Assembly: GCA_034521815.1 (NCBI GenBank) | Contig: JAXHLW010000013.1 | Span: 96,001 to 160,000, forward strand | From: Trueperaceae bacterium | GTDB taxonomy: Bacteria > Deinococcota > Deinococci > Deinococcales > Trueperaceae | DNA length: 64,000 nucleotides | Reading direction: 5' to 3' | Shown here: in pieces, positions 20,158 through 30,686 of the stretch | How positions within the stretch are numbered: the stretch's first letter is position 1 | Layout: every line of letters starts with the position of its first letter | Notes under the pieces: generated by a model | The model's database searches: none | Told to the model about the DNA's origin: nothing | Seen by the model: the letters and a program-made list of their open reading frames with translations, nothing else | Made by a program: the position numbers and the translations under genes

Positions 20158-22170
20158 TCAGTCGCCGGCGTCCGGCGCAGGACGGTGTGGCATCGTGGGC
20201 GCGGACCGGTCGGGGCGGTCCTCCTTCTCGCGAGTCCGCTCGCCGTCCTCGGCGGTGGCCTCGTCGCCGGCGCTCGCCTCTTCCTGCTCCTCCTCGTCGT
20301 CGTCGTCCTTCGACGCCTCGCGGACGAGCCAGTCGACGATCTCCTCGGTCGGTTCTCCGGCTTCGGAGCGCCGATACGCTTCGTGGATCAGTCGGCCGTC
20401 GATCGTCTCGCGCCGAAGCAGCGCTTCGGCGACGGCTTCGACGGCGGGCCAGTGCTCCTCGACCAGCTGCTCGCAGGCGCGGTAGCTGGACTTGAGCACC
20501 TCGGCGACCTGCTCCTCGAGCTCGCGGGCGGTCTCTTCGCTGAAGTCCTTGCGGCGCGAGATCTCGCCGCCCAGGAAGATCGGACCCTGGTCGGATCCCC
20601 ACGCCACGTACTCGGAGTCGCCCATCCCCAGGTCCAGGATCATCTGCTTCGCCATGGTCGTCGCCTGTTTCAGGTCGTTGCTCGCGCCCGAGCTCAGCGT
20701 GCCGGTCGCGTGCTTCTCGGCGACGCGCCCACCGAACGCGACGACGAGCTGCGCCTTGAACCGCTCCACGCTGTAGAACATCTCTTCCTTGGCGAGCGGC
20801 GCCATGAAGCCGCCCGCGCCTCCCCTGGGCATGATCGTGACCTTGCGGATCTGCCCGAGCGTCTCCTGAGCCGCGAACGCCACGGCGTGCCCCGCCTCGT
20901 GGTAGGCGAGGATCCTGCGCTCCTCGGGCGTGGGGACCAGGCTTCCGCGCCGCAAGCCCAGCGTGATCCGGTCCAACGCCTCGTTGAAGTCGGTCCAGGT
21001 GATCGACTGGCGGTCGCTTCGCGCCGCGACCAGCGCAGCCTCGTTGGTGAGGTTCTCGAGGTCCGCGCCCGAGAACATCGGCGTCGCCTCGGCCAGGCGA
21101 CGCAGGTCGACGTCGCCGACCGGCTTGTTGCGGACGTGCACGCCCAGGATCTCCTCGCGTTCCCGCATCGTGGGAAGGCCGATCGTCACCTGGCGGTCGA
21201 ACCGGCCCGGCCGCAACAGGGCGGGGTCGAGGATGTCGGGACGGTTGGTCGCGGCGATGATGATCACGGACGTGTCCTGCTCGAAGCCGTCCATCTCGGA
21301 CAGGATCTGGTTCAAGGTCTGCTCGCGCTCGTCGTGGCCGCCGCCGATTCCGGCGCCACGACGCCGCCCGATCGAGTCCAGCTCGTCGATGAAGATGATC
21401 GCGGGGCTGGACTTGCGCGCCTCCTCGAACAGGTTGCGGACGCGGCTCGCGCCGACGCCGACGAACATCTCCATGAACTCCGATGCGGAGACCGTCAGGA
21501 ACGGGACGCCGGCCTCGCCGGCCACCGCCCGCGCGAGCAGCGTCTTGCCCGTGCCGGGAGGTCCGACGAGCAGCATGCCCTTGGGAATCTCGGCCCCGAT
21601 GCGCAGGTACTTCTGCGGGTTCTTGAGGAAGTCGACGACCTCGAGGAGCTCCTCCTTGGCCTCCTTGTGGCCGGCCACGTCGTCGAACGAGGTCTTGACC
21701 TTGTTCTCGCGGCCGTACGTCTTGGCCTTGGACTGCCCGAACTGCATCACCTGGTTCGGTCCGCCCTGAGCGCGCATGAACACGAACCAGAAGAACGCGA
21801 TCAGGATGACGATCGGGAGCACCGAGACCAGGAAGCCGATCCACTGGGGCGGGTTTCGGACGGTCACCTCGGGAACCTGCTGCTGGAGATCCTGCAAGAG
21901 CGAGTCGGTGATGATCGCCGTGGTGCTGAACCGCTCGATCGTGCGGGCCTGGCCGTCGATCGTGACCTGGCTGGGGCCGGTGAGCGCGCCTTGGATGTCG
22001 CCGTTGGAGCGCTCGATGGTGACCTCGGCGACGCGTCCGTCCTCGACGAGCTGCCGGAAGGTGGTGAGGTTGATCTCGCTGCTACCGCCGCCAGCGTTGA
22101 ACTGGTTGAACACGAAGATGCTCAGGATGATGAGCATCACGATCAGCCAGGGATTGAATGAGCGTTTCAA
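20158..22170 (-). CDS. ftsH: ATP-dependent zinc metalloprotease FtsH
   Basis: Two TM segments, GPPGTGKT, IIFIDELD, ATNRPDILDPALLRPGRFDR, HEAGH, GASNDL. Confidence 0.97.
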   Translation of the reverse strand: MKRSFNPWLIVMLIILSIFVFNQFNAGGGSSEINLTTFRQLVEDGRVAEVTIERSNGDIQGALTGPSQVTIDGQARTIERFSTTAIITDSLLQDLQQQVPEVTVRNPPQWIGFLVSVLPIVILIAFFWFVFMRAQGGPNQVMQFGQSKAKTYGRENKVKTSFDDVAGHKEAKEELLEVVDFLKNPQKYLRIGAEIPKGMLLVGPPGTGKTLLARAVAGEAGVPFLTVSASEFMEMFVGVGASRVRNLFEEARKSSPAIIFIDELDSIGRRRGAGIGGGHDEREQTLNQILSEMDGFEQDTSVIIIAATNRPDILDPALLRPGRFDRQVTIGLPTMREREEILGVHVRNKPVGDVDLRRLAEATPMFSGADLENLTNEAALVAARSDRQSITWTDFNEALDRITLGLRRGSLVPTPEERRILAYHEAGHAVAFAAQETLGQIRKVTIMPRGGAGGFMAPLAKEEMFYSVERFKAQLVVAFGGRVAEKHATGTLSSGASNDLKQATTMAKQMILDLGMGDSEYVAWGSDQGPIFLGGEISRRKDFSEETARELEEQVAEVLKSSYRACEQLVEEHWPAVEAVAEALLRRETIDGRLIHEAYRRSEAGEPTEEIVDWLVREASKDDDDEEEQEEASAGDEATAEDGERTREKEDRPDRSAPTMPHRPAPDAGD

Positions 22171-22459
22171 CGGATCCTCCAGGTTCGCGTCATGGGGGTA
22201 CGGCGCGATGAGTACGGCGCGGTCGGTACGCTACGCCTCGAGTGCTGCCCGATGGGCGCTGCGCAATGGCCACGACAGCGACGTTCGCGCGCGCACGGTC
22301 CGGGCACGATAGCACCCCCCCCGGACCCCGGGCTGTAACCCGAGGGACCATGATCTTGCACCGTCCTGCACGTGAGAACGGCGGTCCGCGGCTCACGCCG
22401 TTCTCACCCTCTGTCCGGCCCTGGTCCGAGCGAGCTCCGCCGGCCCGGTCTCGGTCCCC

Positions 22460-22525
22460 TCAGAAGCGGCGCCTCAGAAGCGGCGCGTCAGAAGCGGCGC
22501 GTCAGAAGCGGCGCGTCAGAAGCGG
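22460..22525. repeat. 14-bp tandem repeat (x4 plus partial) copying the glgC stop region
   Basis: tcagaagcggcgc(c/g) at 22460, 22474, 22488 and 22502, then tcagaagcgg at 22516. Confidence 0.9.
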
Positions 22526-23763
22526 TAGGACTTCGGAACGGCGGTGACGCCCGACTCGGTCACGGTGAAGCCCCGAGCCCGATCCTCGTCGGCGTCCACG
22601 CCGACGGTCGTCCCGTCGGGGATCTCGACGTTCTTGTCCAGGATGGCGTTACGGATCACGCAGTCGCGACCCACGACGACAGCGTCCAGCAGGACCGAGC
22701 GCTCGACCAGCGAGTAGCTGTTCACGCGGGCACGACGCGACAGGACCGACTGGCGCACGGTGCCGCCCGAGACGATCACCCCGCCGGCCAGAGAGCTGTT
22801 GAACGCTTGGCCACGGCGCTCGCCGTCCTCGTGCACGAACTTGGCGGGCGGCGAGTACTCCGACGAGGTCCGCAGCGGCCACTCGTCGTTGTAGAGGTCG
22901 AACTCCGGCTGGACCGCGACGAGGTCCATGTTGGCCTCGTGGTAGCTGTCCAGCGTTCCCACGTCGCGCCAGTACGTGTTGGGCCCGTCCTGGCCAGGAA
23001 TCGGGTTGCGGGCGAAGTCGTACGCCAGCAGCTTCCGTCCTTTGGCCAGCGCGTCGGGCAGCACGTTCTTGCCGAAGTCGTGCTCGCTGGCGGGGTCGGC
23101 GGCGTCCGCGGTCAGCATCTCGAACAGCGCGTCCCGACTGAAGATGTAGTTCCCCATCGACGCCAGCGCCCGCGTCGGATCGCCGGGGATCGGATTCGGC
23201 TGCGCGGGCTTCTCCTGGAACTCGGTGATATGGAAGTCGTCGTCGACCTGGAGCACGCCGAAGCGGGTCGCGTCCTCGACCGGCGTCGGGTACGCCGCGA
23301 CCGTGACGTCGGCGCCCTTCTCGAGGTGGTAGTCGATCATGTGGCTGATGTCCATCTTGTAGATGTGGTCGCCCGAGAAGATCGCGACCAGGTCCGCGAC
23401 GTTGTTGTCGATCAGGTGCAGGTTCTGGTAGATCGCGTCGGCGGTGCCGCGGTACCACTCGGCGCCGAGCTCCTCGTACAGGTACATCTGCGCAGGCGCG
23501 AGGGTGATGAAGTAGTCGGAGAGCACCCCCCCGAAGCGCCAGTTGCGCTGGATGTGCTCGGTCAGCGACTGCGCCTTGAACTGGGTGAGCACGTACATCC
23601 CGAAGATGCCGGAGTTGATCATGTTGTTCAGCGCGAAGTCGATGATGCGGTACTTGCTGCCGAACGGTACCGCGGGCTTGGTGCGCTTCCAGGTGAGCGG
23701 ATGAAGGCGTGTGCCTTTCCCGCCGGCGAGCACCATGCCCACCGTCTTGATCCTCTTCGCCAT
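22516..23763 (-). CDS. glgC: Glucose-1-phosphate adenylyltransferase
   Basis: [50 protein letters not shown]. Confidence 0.97.
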   Translation of the reverse strand: MAKRIKTVGMVLAGGKGTRLHPLTWKRTKPAVPFGSKYRIIDFALNNMINSGIFGMYVLTQFKAQSLTEHIQRNWRFGGVLSDYFITLAPAQMYLYEELGAEWYRGTADAIYQNLHLIDNNVADLVAIFSGDHIYKMDISHMIDYHLEKGADVTVAAYPTPVEDATRFGVLQVDDDFHITEFQEKPAQPNPIPGDPTRALASMGNYIFSRDALFEMLTADAADPASEHDFGKNVLPDALAKGRKLLAYDFARNPIPGQDGPNTYWRDVGTLDSYHEANMDLVAVQPEFDLYNDEWPLRTSSEYSPPAKFVHEDGERRGQAFNSSLAGGVIVSGGTVRQSVLSRRARVNSYSLVERSVLLDAVVVGRDCVIRNAILDKNVEIPDGTTVGVDADEDRARGFTVTESGVTAVPKSYRF

Positions 23764-23945
23764 GGTGTGGTCGCCTCCTCGAGAGGTGCCTGAGACGTCG
23801 GCGAGCCGCAGACGTCAGCGTGCCGTCGGATGAGCGCATGGTAGCGCGTCGGCCGTCCGCCCGCTACGGGATCGCCGGGCGCGCGGAGGCCGACACCGTG
23901 ACACCGCCCGCGGAGACCGCCCGCGGCCCCGGGTAGCGTGCCGGG

Positions 23946-24497
23946 GTGAACCGATCGCGGCGGGGCCCGCCGAGCCGACACCACGAAGCGCTGCTCGAGT
24001 ATCAGGACTACCTGCTGGCCTACCGTCTGCGTGCCCAGGTCGGTGGCGCGCTCAGGCCCGGCGGCCGCCAGCTGCGGCTCGGAGAGTACGCGTCCAGGCG
24101 GCTCGAGCGGCAGCGGCTGGCGCGGGCGCTGCTGCGCGAGTCGGACTACCGCGCCACGATGCGCGTCGTGGACGCTCTGACCGACGAGCTGAACTTCGGC
24201 TTCTGGCACAACCCCTCCGAGACCGTCGCCGTGCTCCGGAAGATCGCCGACGCGGGCGGCAGCCGTGCGCTGGAGGACGAGGACGGCTTCGCCGACGAGC
24301 TCCTCACGCGCCGCGAGCGGACCGTCCTGGGCCCCGACGGCGTGCGCTCCGTGGCGCGCTACTACCTGGGGCTGGTGCGAGCCAGCGCGGCTTACCTGGA
24401 TCCCGAAACGTTCACGAGGCTCCGTGCCGAGGTCGAGCCGTCGCGAGCGTCGATGCCCGTCTTCGTCCTGGTCGGATCGGATCCCGCCGTCGCCTGA
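23946..24497 (+). CDS. Hypothetical protein
   Basis: TAGCGT 6 nt before the GTG; high-GC coding codon pattern; helical sequence (LTDELNFGFWHNPSE). Confidence 0.75.
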   Translation: MNRSRRGPPSRHHEALLEYQDYLLAYRLRAQVGGALRPGGRQLRLGEYASRRLERQRLARALLRESDYRATMRVVDALTDELNFGFWHNPSETVAVLRKIADAGGSRALEDEDGFADELLTRRERTVLGPDGVRSVARYYLGLVRASAAYLDPETFTRLRAEVEPSRASMPVFVLVGSDPAVA

Positions 24498-24566
24498 GGC
24501 CGGCCGGGCCGTCGAGCGTCGCGACCGAGGCGGGCGCCGCGCGGAGCGCGTGCTAGCCTCCGCCCG

Positions 24567-25628
24567 ATGACCGACGCCGCCCTGCCGCTGCTCCTCGACC
24601 TCGAGCCGGACGGCCTGCCCGCGGACGGCGACCGTGCCTACCGCCGCGATCAGCTCGCCGGCTGGATCTATCGCCGGGGTGCCCGCACCTTCGATTCCAT
24701 GACCGACCTCCCCAAGACGTGGCGCGCCGAGCTCGACGCCGGCTGGCGTCTCGATCCGTTCGACGAGGTGCGACGCTTTCCGTCGCAGGACGGCTCCGTC
24801 CGGTACCTGTTCGTCCTCCCCGACGGCCGGCGCACCGAAGCCGTCTACATGCCGTACGAGCGGCGCAAGACGGTGTGCGTGTCCTCCATGGTGGGCTGTC
24901 CGGCCGGCTGCACCTTCTGCGCGACCGGTGCCCTGGGCTTCGGACGGAACCTGAGTCGCGGCGAGATCGTCGGGCAGCTGCTGGCGGTCGCCTGGCACGA
25001 GGGATTCGAGCCCACCGAGATCCGCAACGTGGTGCTGATGGGCATGGGCGAGGCGCTGCTGAACTACCGCGAGGCGGTCGCGGCGGTCAGGCGCATGATC
25101 GATCCGCGTGCGCTGGACATGTCGCCGCGTCGGATCACGCTGTCGACCGTCGGCCTGCCGGGCAAGATCGAGCAGCTCGCGGAGGAGGGGCTGGGCCTGA
25201 CGTTGGCGGTGTCGTTGCACGCACCCGACGAGGCGACGCGCCGAGCCATCGTTCCCACCGCGCACGCTCACGGGATCGACGAGATCGTGGCGTCGCTCCG
25301 CGTCTGGCAGGAGCGGACCGGGCGGAGGGTGTCGATCGAGTACACGATGCTGGCCGGCGTGAACGATCGACTCTGGCAAGCGGACGGTCTGGCGAAGCTC
25401 CTGCGCGGCATGACGGCCCACGTGAACCTGATTCCGTTCAACGCCTGGGCGGGGTCCGGTCACCGTGGGACGGACCGGGAGGGCATCGAGGCGTTCCGGC
25501 GTCGGCTCGAGGCGCGTGGGGCGTCGGTGTCGGTACGCTTCAGTCGTGGCCAGGACACCGGTGGAGCGTGCGGTCAGCTGTCGCTCCAAGGCGACGCCGA
25601 TTCCGAAGCGGTGGCCGGAGCGCTCTGA
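24567..25628 (+). CDS. rlmN: 23S rRNA (A2503-C2) methyltransferase, radical SAM
   Basis: CVSSMVGCPAGCTFCATG, MGMGE, SLHAP, IEY, VNLIPFN, GACGQL. Confidence 0.96.
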   Translation: MTDAALPLLLDLEPDGLPADGDRAYRRDQLAGWIYRRGARTFDSMTDLPKTWRAELDAGWRLDPFDEVRRFPSQDGSVRYLFVLPDGRRTEAVYMPYERRKTVCVSSMVGCPAGCTFCATGALGFGRNLSRGEIVGQLLAVAWHEGFEPTEIRNVVLMGMGEALLNYREAVAAVRRMIDPRALDMSPRRITLSTVGLPGKIEQLAEEGLGLTLAVSLHAPDEATRRAIVPTAHAHGIDEIVASLRVWQERTGRRVSIEYTMLAGVNDRLWQADGLAKLLRGMTAHVNLIPFNAWAGSGHRGTDREGIEAFRRRLEARGASVSVRFSRGQDTGGACGQLSLQGDADSEAVAGAL

Positions 25629-25663
25629 TTCGGTCGAGAATCCCCGTGCCATACGAGAAATCG

Positions 25664-25681
25664 CGGTGTATGATTTCACAT
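25664..25681 (+). promoter_or_regulatory. Candidate Rex operator / CRP-like site overlapping a TATGAT -10 box
   Basis: cgGTGtA-tgat-TTCACAt compared with the Rex consensus TTGTGAA-n4-TTCACAA; lies upstream of the operon containing rex. Confidence 0.35.
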
Positions 25682-25782
25682 GGGTCGGTGCGGCCGTGCG
25701 TGTAGACTCGAACGACTCTACCGACCGACCCGCGTGGCGGTGGACGGCCCTTCGGGCCCCCACGAGCGATCTGGAGGCAGGC

Positions 25783-27318
25783 ATGAAGATCAAGAGTGGA
25801 ACGCGATTCGCACGGCCTCTGGCGTGGGCGATCGTCGCGCTCGTGCTTCTTACGGGCGTCGCCTCGGCGCAGTCGACCACCGACGAGCTCCGTCAGGCGG
25901 CCGAGGCCGCCACGGACGACCCGCGACCGTGGGTCGAGCTGGGCAACGCGCTCCTCGCCGAGGATCGGTCCGAGGCCGCGAAGACCGCGTTCCTCGAGGC
26001 GGTCGCGATCGACTACCGTAGCTGCGACGCGCACTACGGCTTGGGGCTCTCCGAGTTCCAGCGCGGCGATCACGCGGCCGCCCTGTTCTCGTTCAACGAA
26101 GTGACGCGCCTGTGCGAGGAGCGTTTCGACGGTCACTACAATCGTGCCGTGACGCTGGCCCGCCTTCGCAGGCCGGCCGAGGCGGCCGAGGCGTTCCGCG
26201 ACGCGATCGCCGAGGCCGAGCCCGAGGCGTCTTCAGGCGACCGCGTGAACGCCTGGGTGGGCGTGGCGGGGCAGCGCAAGCGCACCGGAGAGTACGACGC
26301 CGCTGCCGAGGCGTACGGCTCCGCCCTCCAGATCCGCCCTACCGACGACGAGCTGATCTTTCTTCGCGCCGACGCGTTATGGCGCGCTGGCAAGGGCCTC
26401 GAAGCGCTTCCCGACCTCACCGAGCTCGAGGGGCGTAGCAGCGACTATCGCGTGAGCGCCCTGATCGCCGACATCTACGTCGATGCGGGCCAGGTCGACT
26501 ATTCGCTCCGCTCGCTCCAACGCGCTCTCAGGCGCGCCGAGGACGCGAACGCCGACGCCGCGCAGGCGCGGCTGCTGGTGAAGCTGGGGCTGCTGCAGCG
26601 CAGCCTCGGACGCGACGGCGAGGCGGCCGCCTCCTTCCGCGAGGCGACCGCGATCGACGACTCGAGCTGGGAAGCGCACTACAACTTGGGCGTGAGCCTT
26701 CTCGAGGCGGGCCAGACCCGCGATGCGCTGGAGCCGCTCGAGATCGCCGACGAGCTCGCTCCCGAGAGCGGCGAGGTCGCCCTCGCCTTGGCCAGCAGCT
26801 ACGATCAGCTCGGGCGGCCCGGCGACGCCTACTCCGCGGCGCAGCGTGCCTTGGCGACGCTGTCCGAGCAGGAGGCGCTCACCGAGGCGCGCTTCATCGC
26901 GGGACGGAGCGCCTACCGACTGGCCGACTACGCGACCGCCCGCACACAGCTCGAGCGCGTCGTCGACGCGCGTCCCGGGTCCGCCGCCGCGCAGCTCTGG
27001 ACAGGGCTCGCCGCCTACCAGGCGGGCGACTACGCCGGCGCGGCGCCGTACTACGAGCGTGCCGTGCAGCTCGACCCGAACGACACCACCGCCCGGGTGA
27101 ACCTGGGCGCCGCCTACCTGGCGGCCGAGCGCTACCAGGACGCCGAGACGGTGTATCGACTGCTGGTGGAACAGAACGCCTCCGACACCGAGAGCTTCTA
27201 CAATCTGGGCTGGGCGTTGATCGGTCAGGAGCGCCGCGGTCCCGCCCGTGACGCTTGGGCGCAAGCTTGCGATCTCGGCTACCGCGCGGCCTGCGACGCC
27301 TTGGCCGAGTACTTCTGA
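25783..27318 (+). CDS. Exported tetratricopeptide-repeat protein
   Basis: GGAGG RBS, signal peptide (ASA-Q), many TPR motifs (AHYGLG, AHYNLG, ARVNLG, SFYNLG). Confidence 0.9.
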   Translation: MKIKSGTRFARPLAWAIVALVLLTGVASAQSTTDELRQAAEAATDDPRPWVELGNALLAEDRSEAAKTAFLEAVAIDYRSCDAHYGLGLSEFQRGDHAAALFSFNEVTRLCEERFDGHYNRAVTLARLRRPAEAAEAFRDAIAEAEPEASSGDRVNAWVGVAGQRKRTGEYDAAAEAYGSALQIRPTDDELIFLRADALWRAGKGLEALPDLTELEGRSSDYRVSALIADIYVDAGQVDYSLRSLQRALRRAEDANADAAQARLLVKLGLLQRSLGRDGEAAASFREATAIDDSSWEAHYNLGVSLLEAGQTRDALEPLEIADELAPESGEVALALASSYDQLGRPGDAYSAAQRALATLSEQEALTEARFIAGRSAYRLADYATARTQLERVVDARPGSAAAQLWTGLAAYQAGDYAGAAPYYERAVQLDPNDTTARVNLGAAYLAAERYQDAETVYRLLVEQNASDTESFYNLGWALIGQERRGPARDAWAQACDLGYRAACDALAEYF

Positions 27319-27355
27319 TCACGCCCGATCGAGGCGTCCGAGGGGGCCCCACCCG

Positions 27356-28441
27356 ATGGACTGGTTGAGACGCAATTGGCCGGACCTGCTGATCGGCCTC
27401 GCGCTGATCGCCGTGATCGCCGGCATCGTCGCCACCCTGCTGACCGGGGGCTCGTTCTTCCCGCTGGGAGGCCCCACGGTGCAGCCTCAGCCGTCGTCGC
27501 CCAGCGTATCGACGCCCGCCCCCGACGTCGCTCCTCCAGCGGGCGGCGACGAGGCGACGCGAGAGAGCGACGGACCGGACGTCGCCGTCCTGCCACCGTC
27601 CACCACCCCGGCCGATACGACGCCCCCAGGCGCGCCGTCCACCGACGTCGCCGAGGACACCGGTGCCGAGGCCGCGCCTTCCCAGGTCACACCGTTGTCG
27701 CCGGATGCGTCGGACGGTGACGCAGCGGCGTCCGACGAGGACGCCGCAGGCGCCGCGCCCGAGACGGCAGCGGCCGCAGGCGATGCGGCGGCGACGCCCG
27801 CTGCGCCGTCCACGCCTTCGACCACGCCGTCGTCCACGCCGTCGACCAGCGCACAGCCGAGCACGGCGTCCGATCCGGCTCCCAGCGCGCCGTACCGCGT
27901 CGCCGTCGGCGCGTTCAGCCAGCGTGAGAACGCCGAAGCGCAAGCCGCCCGCTTCCGCGCCTCCGGCTACCCGGTGTTCATCGCGGCGCAGGACGCGCTC
28001 ACCCTCGTGCTCGTCGGTCCGTACGACGACGAGACGGTGGCGCAGCGCGTTGCGGCCGAGATCCGCTCCGGCGACTACGACGTCGACCCGGTGATCTACC
28101 TGTTCGAGCCGGACGACGGTACGTCCTCCGCCGCACCCGACGCCGACGCCGCGTCGGCGACCACGTCCGAAGCGTCCACGGCAGCCGCGCCCGAGAGCTC
28201 GCCCACGGCGTCGCGAGCGCCCGAGGCGGAGAGCCAGGGGACGCGACTCCAAGCCGGCGCCTACGCCGATCCCGAGGCCGCGCAGCCGCAAATCGAGCGA
28301 CTGCAGTCGCTGGGGTTCGCGGTTCAGACCGTCTCCGAGGGCGGATTCGTGAAGCTGCTCGTCGGACCGTTCACGGGCGGCGCATTGACTGACGCCCGCG
28401 TCATCCTCGACGGGGCCGGAATCGAGTATTTCGCGCGCTGA
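27356..28441 (+). CDS. Membrane-anchored protein with two SPOR domains
   Basis: N-terminal TM, Pro/Ser/Thr linker, YRVAVGAFSQRENA...VLVGPY and LQAGAY...LLVGPF. Confidence 0.88.
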   Translation: MDWLRRNWPDLLIGLALIAVIAGIVATLLTGGSFFPLGGPTVQPQPSSPSVSTPAPDVAPPAGGDEATRESDGPDVAVLPPSTTPADTTPPGAPSTDVAEDTGAEAAPSQVTPLSPDASDGDAAASDEDAAGAAPETAAAAGDAAATPAAPSTPSTTPSSTPSTSAQPSTASDPAPSAPYRVAVGAFSQRENAEAQAARFRASGYPVFIAAQDALTLVLVGPYDDETVAQRVAAEIRSGDYDVDPVIYLFEPDDGTSSAAPDADAASATTSEASTAAAPESSPTASRAPEAESQGTRLQAGAYADPEAAQPQIERLQSLGFAVQTVSEGGFVKLLVGPFTGGALTDARVILDGAGIEYFAR

Positions 28442-29082
28442 TGGCTTCGATTCCGACCGCGACGGTCAGTCGCCTCGTCAGCTACCTGAGGATCCTCTCC
28501 CAGCTCGACGAGGCCGAGGTGACGAAGACCTCCAGTGAGCATCTGGCGGCCGAGGCGCACGTCTCCGCCTTCCAGGTGCGCAAGGACCTCGCCTACTTCG
28601 GGAAGTTCGGAACACGGGGTACGGGCTACACGGTCCAATCGCTTCGAGACGAGCTGAAGCAGATCCTGGGCCTCACGCGGCCTTGGAACGTCGCGATCGT
28701 CGGGATGGGCCGCTTGGGCGAGGCGCTCGCCGTCTATCCGAACCTGGCCAGGTACGACTTTCGTCTCGCGTCCGCATTCGATGTCGATCCGGCGAAGGTC
28801 GGGCGCGAGATCGGTGGCATTCGGGTCCGTCACGTCGACGACATCCCCACCGCGGTCGGCGATCTGGAGATCGAAATCGCGCTGCTGACCGTGCCGACCG
28901 ATGCCGCGCAGGCAGCGGCGGACGCACTGGCGGCCGCAGGCGTGGCCGGTATCCTGAACTTCGCGCCGACCGTGATCGATGCGCCGCCGGGCGCGCATGT
29001 GGAGCCCGTGGATTTTCTGGCAGGCCTGAAGCGCTTGTCGTTCTACATTCAACGTTCGAAGACCAAGGAGGCAACGACATGA
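28441..29082 (+). CDS. rex: Redox-sensing transcriptional repressor Rex
   Basis: IPTATVSRL, QVRKDLAYFG.FG.RG.GY, VGMGRLG, ILNFAP. Confidence 0.96.
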   Translation: MASIPTATVSRLVSYLRILSQLDEAEVTKTSSEHLAAEAHVSAFQVRKDLAYFGKFGTRGTGYTVQSLRDELKQILGLTRPWNVAIVGMGRLGEALAVYPNLARYDFRLASAFDVDPAKVGREIGGIRVRHVDDIPTAVGDLEIEIALLTVPTDAAQAAADALAAAGVAGILNFAPTVIDAPPGAHVEPVDFLAGLKRLSFYIQRSKTKEATT

Positions 29083-29645
29083 AACGAGTGGTGCACGGTT
29101 CGATACTCATCCTGGCGTCGGTCCTGCTGCTCGGCGCGTGCAGCGGCATTCCCGGCCTCGGAGGCGTCGACGTCGAGGTCGGGTTCACGCCCACCAGCCT
29201 CGGGTTCGAGGTGGACGACGAGGGCAAGATCACGGTGGCCAGTCACACCGTCGTGTTCTCGTCCGCCCCCGGCTCCTCGGCGGCCGTCGCGACCGGATTC
29301 GACGTGACGTACTACGACCAGGACGGCGATCCGTTCTTCGGGACGGTCGCGGCGAGCACCTTCACCAACCGCGACGCGTTCGCGCATCCGATTCCGGCCG
29401 GGCTCGTCTGCGTCGAGTCGGTGCCGTGCCGCGCGACGAGTCCGGACGCTTCGTTCGCGCGGGTCCAGTCCGAGCCTCTCGCCAACGTCGTCACCCTTCC
29501 CGGCGCGATCGCGGTGGAGCTGCTCGCCAGGGGCGACGGCGCCGGGTACGCCGACTTCACGGTGTACGTGACGAGCGACGGCGGCGGCGACGTCGAGCTT
29601 CCCGTGCGCGTGCAGTTCACGTACCCCGTGGGCGGCGGCGGCTGA
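29079..29645 (+). CDS. Hypothetical lipoprotein
   Basis: AAGGAGG RBS, ATGA overlap with rex, lipobox LLGA-C. Confidence 0.75.
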   Translation: MKRVVHGSILILASVLLLGACSGIPGLGGVDVEVGFTPTSLGFEVDDEGKITVASHTVVFSSAPGSSAAVATGFDVTYYDQDGDPFFGTVAASTFTNRDAFAHPIPAGLVCVESVPCRATSPDASFARVQSEPLANVVTLPGAIAVELLARGDGAGYADFTVYVTSDGGGDVELPVRVQFTYPVGGGG

Positions 29646-29707
29646 GCATCGAACGCAGGCGCCAGGCGTCTGCGCGCCTCGTCGTTCCCGCGCGGTACCA
29701 TCCCCCA

Positions 29708-30656
29708 ATGTTCGAGCGGGTCCGGGAACGTCTAGAACGGTTCGAAGGTCGCTTGGCCGAGGTGGTTCGCTCGGACGTGGCCTTCATCGAGGCGATCGGC
29801 GACGATCTGGTCGCGGCGGGAGGCAAGCGGCTCCGGCCGGTTCTGTCGTTCCTCGCCTCCGACCTGGTGGACGCGGACGACGTCGCGGGCATGCGCGTCG
29901 CCCTCGCGGTCGAGCTGCTGCACTCCGCGTCGCTGCTGCACGACGATCTCATCGACGACGCCGCCACGCGTCGCGGGGCCGAGGCGGCGTTCCGCCGCTA
30001 CGGGAACGTCGTCAGCGTGATGTCCGGCGACTTCCTGCTGGCGCGGGTGCTGGGCTTGCTGGCCGAGACGGGCGACCCGGTGTTCACCAAGCGGATGTCC
30101 GACACCGCCGCGCAGATCTGCGAGGGCGAGGTCCTACAGTTCCAGATGGCCACGCTCGAGACCTGGTCGCTGGAGGAGTACCGTCGCGTGATCGAGGGCA
30201 AGACCGCCGTGCTGCTGGCGACCGCCATGATCGGGCCCGGCCTGCTGGCCGGTGCCGACCCCGAACGACTCGCGGCGCTGGAACGGTACGGCATGGCGTA
30301 CGGCCGTGCGTTCCAGATGCAGGACGATCGGCTCGACCTGCTGGGCGACCCGGAGACGCTGGGCAAGCCGGTCGGCGGGGACCTGCGCGAGGGCAAGGTG
30401 ACGCACCCCGTCCTGGTGCTCCTGGAGCGGAACGTGACCGAGGCTGGCCGACATCGTGCGCCGGCACGCCAGGCGCGAGGGCGACGTGGAGAGGATGCGA
30501 GAGCTGGTGCGCGACCACGGGGCCGACGACGCCACCCGCGACGCCATCCGCAGCGAGGTGCGCGCCGCGACCGAGGCGCTAGGCGTCTTCGACGACGGCG
30601 CCGCGAAGATCGATCTGACGACGCTGGCGGAGCGGGAAGTGGCCAGGCTGGGCTGA
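29708..30656 (+). CDS. Polyprenyl diphosphate synthase (IspB/HepT-like); apparent +1 frameshift at ~30446
   Basis: GGKRLRP, LLHDDLIDD...RRG, GDFL, GKTA, FQMQDD, GKPVGGDLREGK. The C-terminal ~70 aa continue in the next frame. Confidence 0.88.
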
Positions 30657-30686
30657 CGCGGTCGCGTCCTCGCGCCAGCGAGCTTC

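Noticed and set aside
22171..22450. Riboswitch or ncRNA in the ftsH-glgC intergenic region
   Set aside because: No recognisable conserved RNA motif; only a plausible -10 box and GC-rich sequence.
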